From positions 210,986,001 through 211,050,000 of the forward strand of contig NC_091473.1 in assembly GCF_036971445.1 (NCBI RefSeq): 64,000 bases of DNA. Direction: 5' to 3'. The notes under the pieces were generated by a model. That model saw nothing but the letters and a program-made list of their open reading frames with translations. It ran no database searches and was not told the DNA's origin. The position numbers and the translations under genes were made by a program. Positions 37,144 through 47,632 of the stretch are shown here, piece after piece (position 1 is the stretch's first letter; the number at the start of each line of letters is the position of its first letter). The DNA comes from Narcine bancroftii (lineage: Eukaryota).

Positions 37144-40100
37144 GGGGGTCACGGTTCTCAGTCAATACACACCTTGGGGCTGCACAGAGAACCATTAGTA
37201 AATTTATGCATAGGACCCCACAGTGACAACATGATATTTTTAGTTGATTCTGGGGCAGCCCAATCTAGTATTTTACACCAACCAAAGGGGGTTAGAATAG
37301 AAGGGACAATGATAGTTTCGGGGGTGGGAGGAAGAGACCACAGTCCCTGTATTAAGAGAGGTCAGAATCCAAATGGGAAATAAGGTAATAGTAGAGGATC
37401 TTCTACTACTTCCCCAAGCTGGAGTATGCTTATTAGGACGAGACTTACAGGACCAATTGGCTATCGGTACCAGACCATTAGAATCAGGCATCGGGGTTCA
37501 ATTTTATATTTTAAGCGAGGAAGATCGAGAACTTATAAATCCAAGAGTATGGGCAGAAAAAGGCAATAGAGGAGTTCTAGACATTCCTCTCCTACAAGTA
37601 ACTTTAAAAGACTCGCAACAAACAATTAGAAGAAAACAGTACCCAATTCCTATGGCTGGCCGCAAAGATCTGCAGCCCGTAATTGACCAGTTGCTTAAGG
37701 ATGGTATACTCGAACCATGTATGTCACCCTTTAATACCCCGATTTTACCTGTCCAGAAACCAGACGGTACCTATCGATTAGTACAGGACTTAAGGGAGTT
37801 GAACAAAATCATTCTCACCCGTCACCCTGTTGTACCTAATCCCTATACGATCATGAGTAAAATTGATCCCCATAATGCATGGTTCAGTGTCATTGATCTC
37901 AAAGACGCATTCTGGACCTGTCCATTGGCAACAGAAAGCAGAGACATGTTTGCCTTTGAATGGGAAAACCCTTTTACTGGACGTAAAAATCAATACCGGT
38001 GGACTGTCTTTCCTCAGGGCTTTACAGAATCTCCAAATTTATTCGGTCAGGTCCTAGAACAGATACTAGATGAGGCTCCTCGGAGAGACAATTGTCAGCT
38101 AATACAATACGTTGACGACTTGTTAATTACTGGAAGAACTTACGAATTGGCTAAAGAATTTACTGTTGCACTTTTAAATTTTTTAGAGAAATAAGGTCTT
38201 AGAGTCAGCAAATCCAAACTACAATTTGTACAATCGGAGGTTAAATACTTAGGACATCTAGTGAGTCAGGGAAGCAGGAAAATTAGTCCAGAGAGAATAG
38301 CTGGTATTCTGCAGATTCCCCCTCCCAAAAATGCCAAGGAACTTAGGAAATTCCTTGGCTTAGTGGGATTCTGTAGAATCTGGATGGAAAATTATTCTAG
38401 CCGTCAAATTTCTTTATGATAAACTCACGATAATAGGGACCGAAGCTCTTGTCTGGACAGATGATGAGATTAAAGATTTTAACTTCGTTAAACATAGCCT
38501 TATGCGTGCCCCAGTCTTGGCACTACCCGACTTAAATAAGCCTTTTGATTTATATACTAATGCCAAAGGAGGTGTAGCCACCGGAGTATTAACCCAGGAC
38601 AGGACAGGCTATAGACAACCAGTGGCTTTTCTATCAAAGGTTTTAGACCCCGTTTGTCGTGGCTGGCCAGAATGTGTACAAGCCATCGCAGCCACTGCTG
38701 TTTTAGTTGAGGAAGCACGAAAAATTACTTTCGGCGCCCCTATGATAGTTCACACCCCTCACACAGTCCACAATATTCTCTTACAGCGTGCTGGGAGATG
38801 GCTCACGGACTCTAGAATTTTAAAATATGAAACGATCCTAATGGATAGGGATGATTTGACCTTGCTCATGACTAAAACCCTCAACCCAGCATCCTTCCTC
38901 GTTGCTCCAAATTTGGACAATTCCACAAATGAATTAGAACATGGGTGCTTAGAAGTTATAGACCTACAAACCAAAATTAGAGAAGATCTAACTGATGTCC
39001 CTTTAAAAGAAGGTGAAAGATGGTTTATTGATGGCTCTTCACGATGTATTGCAGGAACTCGCTATAGTGGGTATAGTGTAGTGGATGAGAAGCAAGGACT
39101 GGTGATTGAAGCCGGTCGCCTCCCTGATCATTGGTCAGCACAATCCTGAGAATTATACGCCCTATGTAGAGCACTCCACGGCTTAGAGAGCAAAATAGGC
39201 ACTATCTACACTGACTCTAAGTCCGCTTTTGGTGTAGTCCACACCTTTGGGAAGATCTGGAAAGAACGAGAAATGATAACTGGTAAAGGACAGAAGTTAG
39301 CCCATGAGCACTTAATTGTCCAATCCCTAGATGCTCTAACTCTCCCGACTGAAATAGCCGTAGTACATGTCCGAGGACATCAAAATGGTGACAGTCCTGA
39401 AGCTCACGGCAACAGACAGGCTGATGCAGCTGCCAAACAGGCTGCACTTGCTGAAAAGATTCACATCCACCTAGTACTGCTCACACCACTAGAGATTAAA
39501 AAAAACCCATCTTTTCACGGGAAGAGGAGGTCTCAATGAAAGATCAGGAATTTCGCCAAACTGCCGACGGGTTGTGGTGGATGGCAGACTGACGTCAAGT
39601 CCTTAACAAAGCATTAGCCCGCCAAGTGGTAGATCAGCTACACCAACAGACACATTGGGGAACCCAGGCGCTTGTTGATGCCTTTCAACGATCCTTACAC
39701 TGCTCCGGTAATATACAATAGCTAAACTCACTACTCGCGGTTGTCCGATCTGTCAGAGAATCAATAAGAAATCTATGCGCCCTGTAATGCCTGGCGGTCG
39801 CGACATCGCAGTTCGCCCGTTTCAACGCATACAAGTTGATTTTACAGAATTTCCTAAAATTGGTATTTACAAATACCTTCTGGTGATGGTAGATCATTTT
39901 ACACGATGGGTTGAAGCTTTCCCCACCCCGAATGATCGAGCTATCACTGTGATCAGAATACTTATTGAATCTGTGATTCCAAGATATGGTCTGATTCAAA
40001 CCATTGATTCAGACCGAGGTACACATTTTACCTCTCAGGTTCTCCAGGGTGTCTGCAAGAAACTGGGAATAGACTGGCAACTACATACCCCATGGCACCC

Positions 40101-41279
40101 CCAAAGTTCAGGTTGAGTTGAAAGAATGAATCAAACTTTGAATAATCAATTCACTCGACTTCATGAAGAGACTGGCCTCTCCTGGATTAAATCTTTACCA
40201 TTAGCCCTGCTTAGAATTCGCACAGCCCCTCGTAAAGACCTTGCAGTCTCACCATACGAAATGAAGTTTGGACTTCCATTTATGGGATTCCACACTGATA
40301 CCCCTATCCCTGAGGCTAATGATCAATACATTTCAAAATTTCTACAGGGTCTTTCTACTTCTATACACGACCTGAAACATAAGGGATTATTAGCCCAAAC
40401 TCCACCCCTGGAGTTTCCTATCCATTCTATTAAACCTGGTGATTGGGTTTGTTAGAAATAGAAGTACCTTTAAAGAAATTGCTCGAGACAAAAATTGAGA
40501 ACAAAGAACATTTATTATACAACAATGCAAAGTTGGGTGCTTCCCCTTACCCTGGGAATTCACACATACACTGGGGCTCACCTAACTTTTATACAGTTTA
40601 TCTCAGTATAGGAATAACCCCCCCCCCCCTTACATTCTTCTGCCTCCTGCTGGAGAGGTTTGGCATTAGGCAATCCTGCCTACGTGCTGTTTCTGTGCAC
40701 TTGGTGGACCAGGGGGTATCCTGTCGGTGTCCCTTCATGTTATTGACCTTATTCACACCTTCCTGATTCTCGGAGCTACAGTCTCTTGATATGCAGAGTT
40801 CGCTAATCCTGTCTAGGGTTAACTAATTTAATATGTATAACTTTGTAAATCTATGTAAGGTTAACTAATTAAATATGTAGAACTTGGAACTTCTGTCTAG
40901 AGCTAGGAGACCCTTATCTCATCCAGACTACCTCAACTTCCTACACTCTATTGTTCCTTACCGCTCCTTATCTTATTCATATGGTGGGCTCATTGATCTT
41001 GTCACAAAGACTAGAAGATTCTTATCTTAAATGTGCTGACTCTGCTTTCCTGGATCCTAATTCCCAAGCTCATCCTGTTTGTACTGGTTACATTCATTTA
41101 CTAATGTATGAATTTTAGTTTCCTTCATGTTCATAATTTTAGATCAGTTTTCTCATCTCTCACAATCCTCACTTTTCTTTTAGATCAGTAATACTGATCT
41201 CTCACCATGATCAGTGTTACTGATCTTAGGGTTACTGGTCTCAGTGTTACTGATCCCTCCCCATTCTCACTTTTCTTTT

Positions 41280-42420
41280 AGATCAGTATGTTGTAAAGTG
41301 CAAGGTGTTGTTTTTCCCAGCTGGTCAATAACTGAATTGCAGTCTCTGTGTCGTTGGATAGAGTTAGGGAAACATACTTTTTTTGGGGTATAGTGTTCTG
41401 ACGAGGGGTTCGATGAATTAAAAACTGCAGCCAAGTCTTTAGGCAGGGGAGCACCATAAAGGTCAGAGTAGCAAGTCCAGCTGCTAAAAGGTTGTGAGTA
41501 TCAGGCTCCAGTTTTTAGTAAAGAGTCTAGTCCATCCCACATCAGTCCGAGGTTGCCAAGTCTGAACATGGGCATGGGCAGATTCTCGTCGAAGTCCTGA
41601 AGCAATGTCTTTAACTGCCTGACTGTTGTAAGCATTGTCCTGAACAAGTCTTTGAGAAACGCTGCCTTCAGCAGCGAACGAGTAGTCGAGAGTCAGGCGG
41701 TTCCATTGAATTGTGGCTCGTATCTGCGGTTCCTCTTCAGCCCCGACCCCAGGGCCACCGATCTCCGTTCGATGATGATGTTGAAGGCTGTTTGGAGTCT
41801 GATTAAACGATTGAAATGCCAAGCAGCTTTAGGGTACTGTAGCAGCTCACGTCGTTTGTAACTGGTGCTCCCCTTCACGGGGTGGTGTTTGTCATTTTGA
41901 ATGTATGAGAGACCCAAAGGATGTTTGAGAAGAGACCAAGCTGGGGAGGATTGTTTCTTATCATTTAACCTGTGTGTTGCAGCTTGTCTGCTAACATTAG
42001 CATGAGTATCATTGAACTTGTGAGTTGCAGCCTGTCTGTGTACATTAGCATATGTATTAACTCTCTATCTCTGTGACATGTACAATCCTGACTACCATTC
42101 TGTCTGTCTTTGTCCCACCATGTCCTTTGTGCTATCACTTTAAAACTCCTGTCTTTAACACCTGTGTAGGCTAAGTTACAAATTAGATGTACTCCACTAA
42201 AGCTGTTCAGTTCCCCTGGTCCATGTTGGAATCCCTTGTTAACCCATACCCCACTATGACTATACATTAAATCTATGCCCTGTCTACATTCTAAAGGAAA
42301 ATAATTGTCACCTCTGCTGCCCCTATCCCAGGAGGACTTAATACATTGTGAGTAATTAAGTGATGTCCCAGAAATGGAGAAGCAACAATTAAACAATACA
42401 ATAAATGGTAAAAACAACAT
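41280..42420 (-). pseudogene. env: ERV-A copy 4 env-derived ORF, frameshifted
   Basis: ORFs 41965-42420, 41693-41917 and 41484-41822 collinear with 46415-47554; ATG overlaps the pol-tail TAA at 42420. Confidence 0.8.
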
Positions 42421-42687
42421 TACGGCACTTTTTCACGGCGTAGTGTAACTTTCAGGTCAGAAGGAAGAGGGACTGCACGCCAGGTGGAGGGTAGATTATC
42501 AATGATGTTATTCTGTGGTTCAGTACCTGGTTTAATTCGTTGGATGTGGCTCCAGCCTTTTTCTTTCGTTCGCATGGCAGTGTCTGTAATCAAAAGTACA
42601 CAATAGGGGCCATCCCAGACAGGTTTCTGTTGGTGATGTTGGCATGCTTTTACATATAACCAATCACCAGATTTAATAAAATGAATA

Positions 42688-44062
42688 ACAATCTGACTAT
42701 TCTTTGTGTTAGTGTAAAAATTGTAAAATGAAACACAAACCATATTTCCATGGGTTTTGAATATATTAGACCTTATTCAAATGCAGTTGGAGCTGATTGT
42801 CTGTATGAGGCAACCAACCTGCAATTTGTTAGAGTGAGTACATAACAGATATTGCAGCACAAGAGCCCCTGCGAGAGAACTTGAAACATATTCAACCTTT
42901 AGTTCTGCCTTAAGTAAAATGCCTTGTGCCACAGCTCACAGGAGCTGGCCTTATTTAAAACAGTCTGTAAAACAGGCACCAAAAAAAGTTAAAAGATGTT
43001 CTTATGAAGATTGCACACACAATCATTTAAGTACAGGCTAGTTTCTATTATATTCCACTTAAAAGTTCTGCTGCATGAATCCTGGAGCTTGTGGAGTCAT
43101 TATTGAATCAAGAAATATTGGTGCCATGCCAATCTCATTCTAACATGCCAATTTCTCCAGTCCTTAAGTCAAGATGTACTGAATAGCATCTGGTACAAGA
43201 TCTGTGAGTTCTTAATGATATTATTATTCTTATGCACCCAATTGTTCTGAACTATGCCACCAATTTAAATCATATTCCACCTATTGCAGTACTCACACAG
43301 CACCATAGACCAGTTCGCAGGTTTATTTCTCCATTAAACTAAATCCAGTCGCGCAGGGTTTACCTCCGTGATTATTTACAATGTAACTTCCGCACTACTG
43401 GATTTAAATATAAACCTGATGAATGGGGGGGGTGGGGGGGGGAGGAAAGTTATCATGAATTAAATAACAGTGGCAATACAGAGAAATTGTGCTGAGGCAT
43501 TAATTTCACTCCGGAGAAAAATGCACCAGAGAAATGAATGATTAAACTTATGGGAATCCCCAGAGGTATCTTTATTCTCCAGAGGTGGGTGATCTTTAAA
43601 CTCACGGACCTTGACTGCTGAATGTGTAGAAGAAATGTACTAAATCTGTTGATAGGGCTCCATTCCTCTAACTGCAAGACAAGAGCCTGAAGCCTCAATT
43701 TCAAGTGCCACAGTGCACTTAAAGGGACATGCACACTCCCCCTTCAACTGGCTGATCCAGCCACTTTACACATCAGATCCTTTCTTTATCTTACATACAC
43801 TTAAAATAAGACGTGTAGAGCTCACCCTATTAGCGCAAACATTTCTCCCTGCGAATGTTATAACATTGCTCAGTTCTCAGGTACTCCCTATGCAAAATCA
43901 CATTTGAATACAATTTATTTCATAAATTGGAATTAACTGGTAGTTAAATTTGCTCATTCTACAGTATTGATAAACGATCATTTATGACATTTAAATTTTA
44001 GCATGAATTTTAATCAATATTGGTCAGTGACTGAAGTGGGAAGTCGTAATTTATGAAATTAT
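42688..44062. other. non-viral AT-rich insert inside provirus copy 4 (candidate transduced cellular sequence)
   Basis: no visible homology to any ERV-A copy in the window, no long ORF, no TSD, joins gag (44063) directly to the integrase tail (42687). Confidence 0.7.
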
Positions 44063-45242
44063 CTCTGGTCTCTACTCTCCCACTCCCGGCACTTCTCCCA
44101 ACATTCAGGAGCTGGCACACAGTCCCTGCCTTTTTCATGTTACTCATCTACTATTCCTTTAACTGCTTGCATCAAAATGTTAGCCTTTGCTTTCTGCTTA
44201 TCCTCAGATGTCTGGACAAATGCTTTTTGTGTGATCTGTAGAAGCTGGGTTATTCCCTGCTCATGCCAATTTTCTGTCTTTTGTAATTTTCTTCTAATGT
44301 CTGGGGCTGAGTTGGTAACAAAACCTGTTAGTACCAATTGTTCCCCTGCTGGGGATTCTATGTCGAGACCCCCATATTGTATATATATTTGGTCCCAAAA
44401 ATTGGTCTAATTGTTTGGCACATCCCTGGGGATCTTCTATCAGGGAGGTCAGTTCTTTCTTAAAGTTACACACTTCATTACTGGTCAGGGGCACATTTAC
44501 AAAACTGAGACCCTCTCCCACGGGAACTTCCCGCAGTGGTCTCATCCAGTTGGTTTCTGGCTTATTAGGTCTGGGTTCCTGCTCCCTGGGAAATGAATCA
44601 AAGGGTTCTGCCCTTTCTTCCTGAAGAGTCTCACACTGTTCTGAATTAAAGTTACCTCTCTCTCCTGTCAACAGAGGTGGTAATCGAGTGCTTTGTGAAC
44701 GAGTCTTCATACCACTCCTATTCTCTTCGCTTTTCTCTAGCTGTGGGGGAGGAGGGGAAGGTGCAGAAGGGTAGGGCATGGGAGGGGGAGGAAAGATAGG
44801 AGCCGGCATAGGAGGAACATAAGGTGGAGGGAGGGAATGTAAGCACATCCCACCCTTGTGGTTCAGGGACAAAAGGTTCCTCCTCTCTCTTTTCCTTGTA
44901 CTCTTTTTCTTTCAAAACCAATTGATCTCACGATCCCCTGAGCCAGCAGGCTGCATATTCCCTGCTCTCTAGGTTATCTCTCTGGTTTTGATAGAGCCAG
45001 ATGTTCAAAGCTTGACACATCCAGTCATCCTCGGATCCGAGCTTTGGCCAGTACACGGAGCTCCCTTTAATCGGGCATTTAACCCAGTCCCTACAACAAT
45101 ACCTGACCATGGTCAGTTTGTCCTTTCCACGGGTCCTTTTCGTGCCCCACTCAGATAACATCAACCCAGGCGGGCTGTACGTAGTTATCTGATTCTCACA
45201 TCCTTTACCAGGACTCTCTTCCTTGCTACCCACACTTCCCAT
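44063..45242 (-). pseudogene. gag: ERV-A copy 4 gag, ~330-bp capsid deletion, NC missing
   Basis: ORFs 44928-45593, 44294-44872 and 44140-44337 match copy 3 gag. Confidence 0.88.
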
Positions 45243-46414
45243 ACTGATAGGCAAATTCCTCTTACCGAGTTCCAGTAGCAATGCTCTAGCGTGCTTCCTT
45301 CCGTCGTTTGTTCTCAATGCCTCTTCTCGGATATCACTCGCTTCTTCCACTGACCAGCCACCCATCGTCTGTGAGTCCAGCTGAATCAGCTGGGGTGCAC
45401 CTACTCTCGTCGTCGGGCACTCTGTCAGTGGAGGGAGTGTGATCCCGGACGATCCCCCATTTGTTAGAAATAGAAGTACCTTTAAAGAAATTGCTCGAGA
45501 CAAAAATTGAGAACAAAGAACATTTATTATACAACAATGCAAAGTTGGGTGCTTCCCCTTACCCTGGGAATTCACACATACACTGGGGCTCACCCAATTT
45601 TTATACAGTTTATCTCAGTATAGGAATAACCCCCCCCCCTTACATTCTTCTGCCTCCTGCTGGAGAGGTTTGGCATTAGGCAATCCTGCCTACGTGCTGT
45701 TTCTGTGCACTTGGTGGACCAGGGGGTATCCTGTCGGTGTCCCTTCATGTTATTGTCCTTATTCACACCTTCCTGATTCTCGGAGCTACAGTCTCTTGAT
45801 ATGCAGAGTTCGCTAATCCTGTCTAGGGTTAATTAATTTAATATGTATAACTTTGTAAATCTATGTAAGGTTAACTAATTAGATATGTAGAACTTGGTAT
45901 TTCTGTCTAGGGCTAGGAGACCCTTATCTCATCCAGACTACCTCAACTTCCTACACTCTATTGTTCCTTACCGCTCCTTATCTTATTCATATGGTGGGCT
46001 CATTGATCTTGTCACAAAGACTAGAAGATTCTTATTTAAAATGTGCTGACTCTGCTTTCCTGCATCCTAATTCCCAAGCTCATCCTGTTTGTACTGGTTA
46101 CATTCATTTACTAATGTATGAATTTTAGTTTCCTTCATGTTCATAATTTTAGATCAGTTTTCTCATCTCTCACAGGTTTATGTCAAAGCATGGCAAGATA
46201 ACCAACTGAAACCTGCCTGGGATGGTCCCTACTGTGTATTTTTGATTTCAGATGCTGCCGTGCGATCGAGAGAAAAAGGCTGGACCCACATCCAACGGAT
46301 TAAACCAGCTACCGAACCACAGGATCACGACAGTCAAACTCAACCCTCCACCTGGCGTGCAGTGACTCATCCTTCTGACCTGAAACTTACACTACGCCGT
46401 GAAAAAGTGCCGTA

Positions 46415-47554
46415 ATGTTGTTTTTATTCTTTATTGTATTGTTTAATTGTTGCTTCTCCATTTCTGGGACATCACTTAATTACTCGCAATCTATTAAGTT
46501 CTCCTGGAATAGGGGCAGCAGAGGTCACAATTTTTTTCCTTTAGAGTTTAGACAAGGTGCAGATTTAGTTTTTAGCCATAGTGAGATATGCTTTAATAAG
46601 GGATTCCAATATGGACCAGGGGACCAGAACAGCTGTAGCGACCTTCACTTAACTTCCCACATAGATATTAAAGGTATGAGTTCTAAACCTGTAGCACAAA
46701 GAGAGCGATATGACAAAGACACACTGAATGTTAGTAACCAATGCACCTGTCAGCGAGAGAGAGAGAAGACGTTTGCTAATGTACACAGACAGGCTTTGAC
46801 TCACAACTTCAATTATACTCATACTGTAACACACATCTCTAATCGTAATGCACAATCCTCCCCAGACTGGTCTTTTCTCAAACATCCTTTGGGTTCCTCC
46901 AGCATTCAGAATCCTTACCATTGCATCGTTAAGGGAAGTTCCAGTTATAAACGGCAACAGCGGCTACAGATCGCTAACGCTCCTTGCCATCTGAAACATC
47001 TAATCAGACTCCATGCAGCCTTGGGCATCATTATCCAACAGAACACAATGGCCCTGAGGTTACGGGCTGAAGATAAACAACATTTACCAAGCACACTTCA
47101 ACAACACCGCCTGCCTCTCGATTACAGCTTCGCTGCTGAAGGCAGCACTTGTGAAAGACTCCTTAAAGACACTACTCACAACGGGCAGGCGGTTAAGAAC
47201 ACTTCTTCAGGACGTCGAAAAAGTTCCCATGCCCAGGTACATACTTTGCAACCTCGGTCCTCTGTGGGATGGACTGGACTTTTCACCGGTTACTGGAGTC
47301 TGATACTCGCAACCCTTTTAACAGCTGGACTCATTATTCTCACCATCTTACTGCTTCCCTACATACAGACTTGTGCACATCGTTTAACTCATCAACCCTT
47401 TCGTCAGAACACTTTCACCCAAAGGATGTACGGTTCCCAACATCTTTCTGAGGACATGGAGACTGCTATCCATTTATCGACCAGCTGGGAAAACCACCAC
47501 GTTCCACTTTATCACATCAGTAATACTGATCTAAAAGAAAACGGAGGATTGTGA
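46415..47554 (+). CDS. env: intact 379-aa env-derived membrane protein ORF (shortened SU, degenerate TM)
   Basis: uninterrupted ORF; signal-peptide-like MLFLFFIVLFNCCFSISG, LIRLHAALGII heptad region, ISD-like QQHRLPLDYSFAAEGSTC, TM LILATLLTAGLIILTILLL. Confidence 0.65.
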   Translation: MLFLFFIVLFNCCFSISGTSLNYSQSIKFSWNRGSRGHNFFPLEFRQGADLVFSHSEICFNKGFQYGPGDQNSCSDLHLTSHIDIKGMSSKPVAQRERYDKDTLNVSNQCTCQREREKTFANVHRQALTHNFNYTHTVTHISNRNAQSSPDWSFLKHPLGSSSIQNPYHCIVKGSSSYKRQQRLQIANAPCHLKHLIRLHAALGIIIQQNTMALRLRAEDKQHLPSTLQQHRLPLDYSFAAEGSTCERLLKDTTHNGQAVKNTSSGRRKSSHAQVHTLQPRSSVGWTGLFTGYWSLILATLLTAGLIILTILLLPYIQTCAHRLTHQPFRQNTFTQRMYGSQHLSEDMETAIHLSTSWENHHVPLYHISNTDLKENGGL

Positions 47555-47632
47555 GAGACCAGTAACACTGAGATCAGTAACACTGATCATTGTGTGAGAT
47601 CAGTATTACTGATCTAAAAGAAAAGTGAGGAT
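47516..47632 (+). repeat. duplicated PPT flanking palindromic GATCAGT-nnn-ACTGATC repeats
   Basis: PPT1 47533-47549 followed by TGTGAGAGA, palindromes 47572-47588 and 47598-47614, PPT2 47616-47632; similar array at 41165-41290. Confidence 0.85.

Larger units (their letters stand above)
40450..46174 (-). mobile_element. ERV-A provirus copy 4, non-autonomous: NC-pro-pol replaced by about 1.4 kb of non-viral DNA
   Basis: LTRs 40450-41164 and 45462-46174 nearly identical, TSD GGTT (40446-40449 / 46175-46178), PBS-Pro 45442-45459 with one mismatch. Confidence 0.95.
37144..46415 (+). pseudogene. pol: ERV-A copy 3 pro-pol (37144-40449 joined to 46179-46415), in frame with gag behind the amber codon
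   Basis: LVDSGA, FPQGF, YVDD, FIDGSS, QVDF/DSDRGTHF; C-terminus WDGPY...LTLRREKVP*. Confidence 0.92.

Noticed and set aside
47572-47614. Palindromic repeats as a CRISPR-like array
   Set aside because: Only a few units, no unique spacers of regular length, no cas genes, eukaryotic retroviral context.
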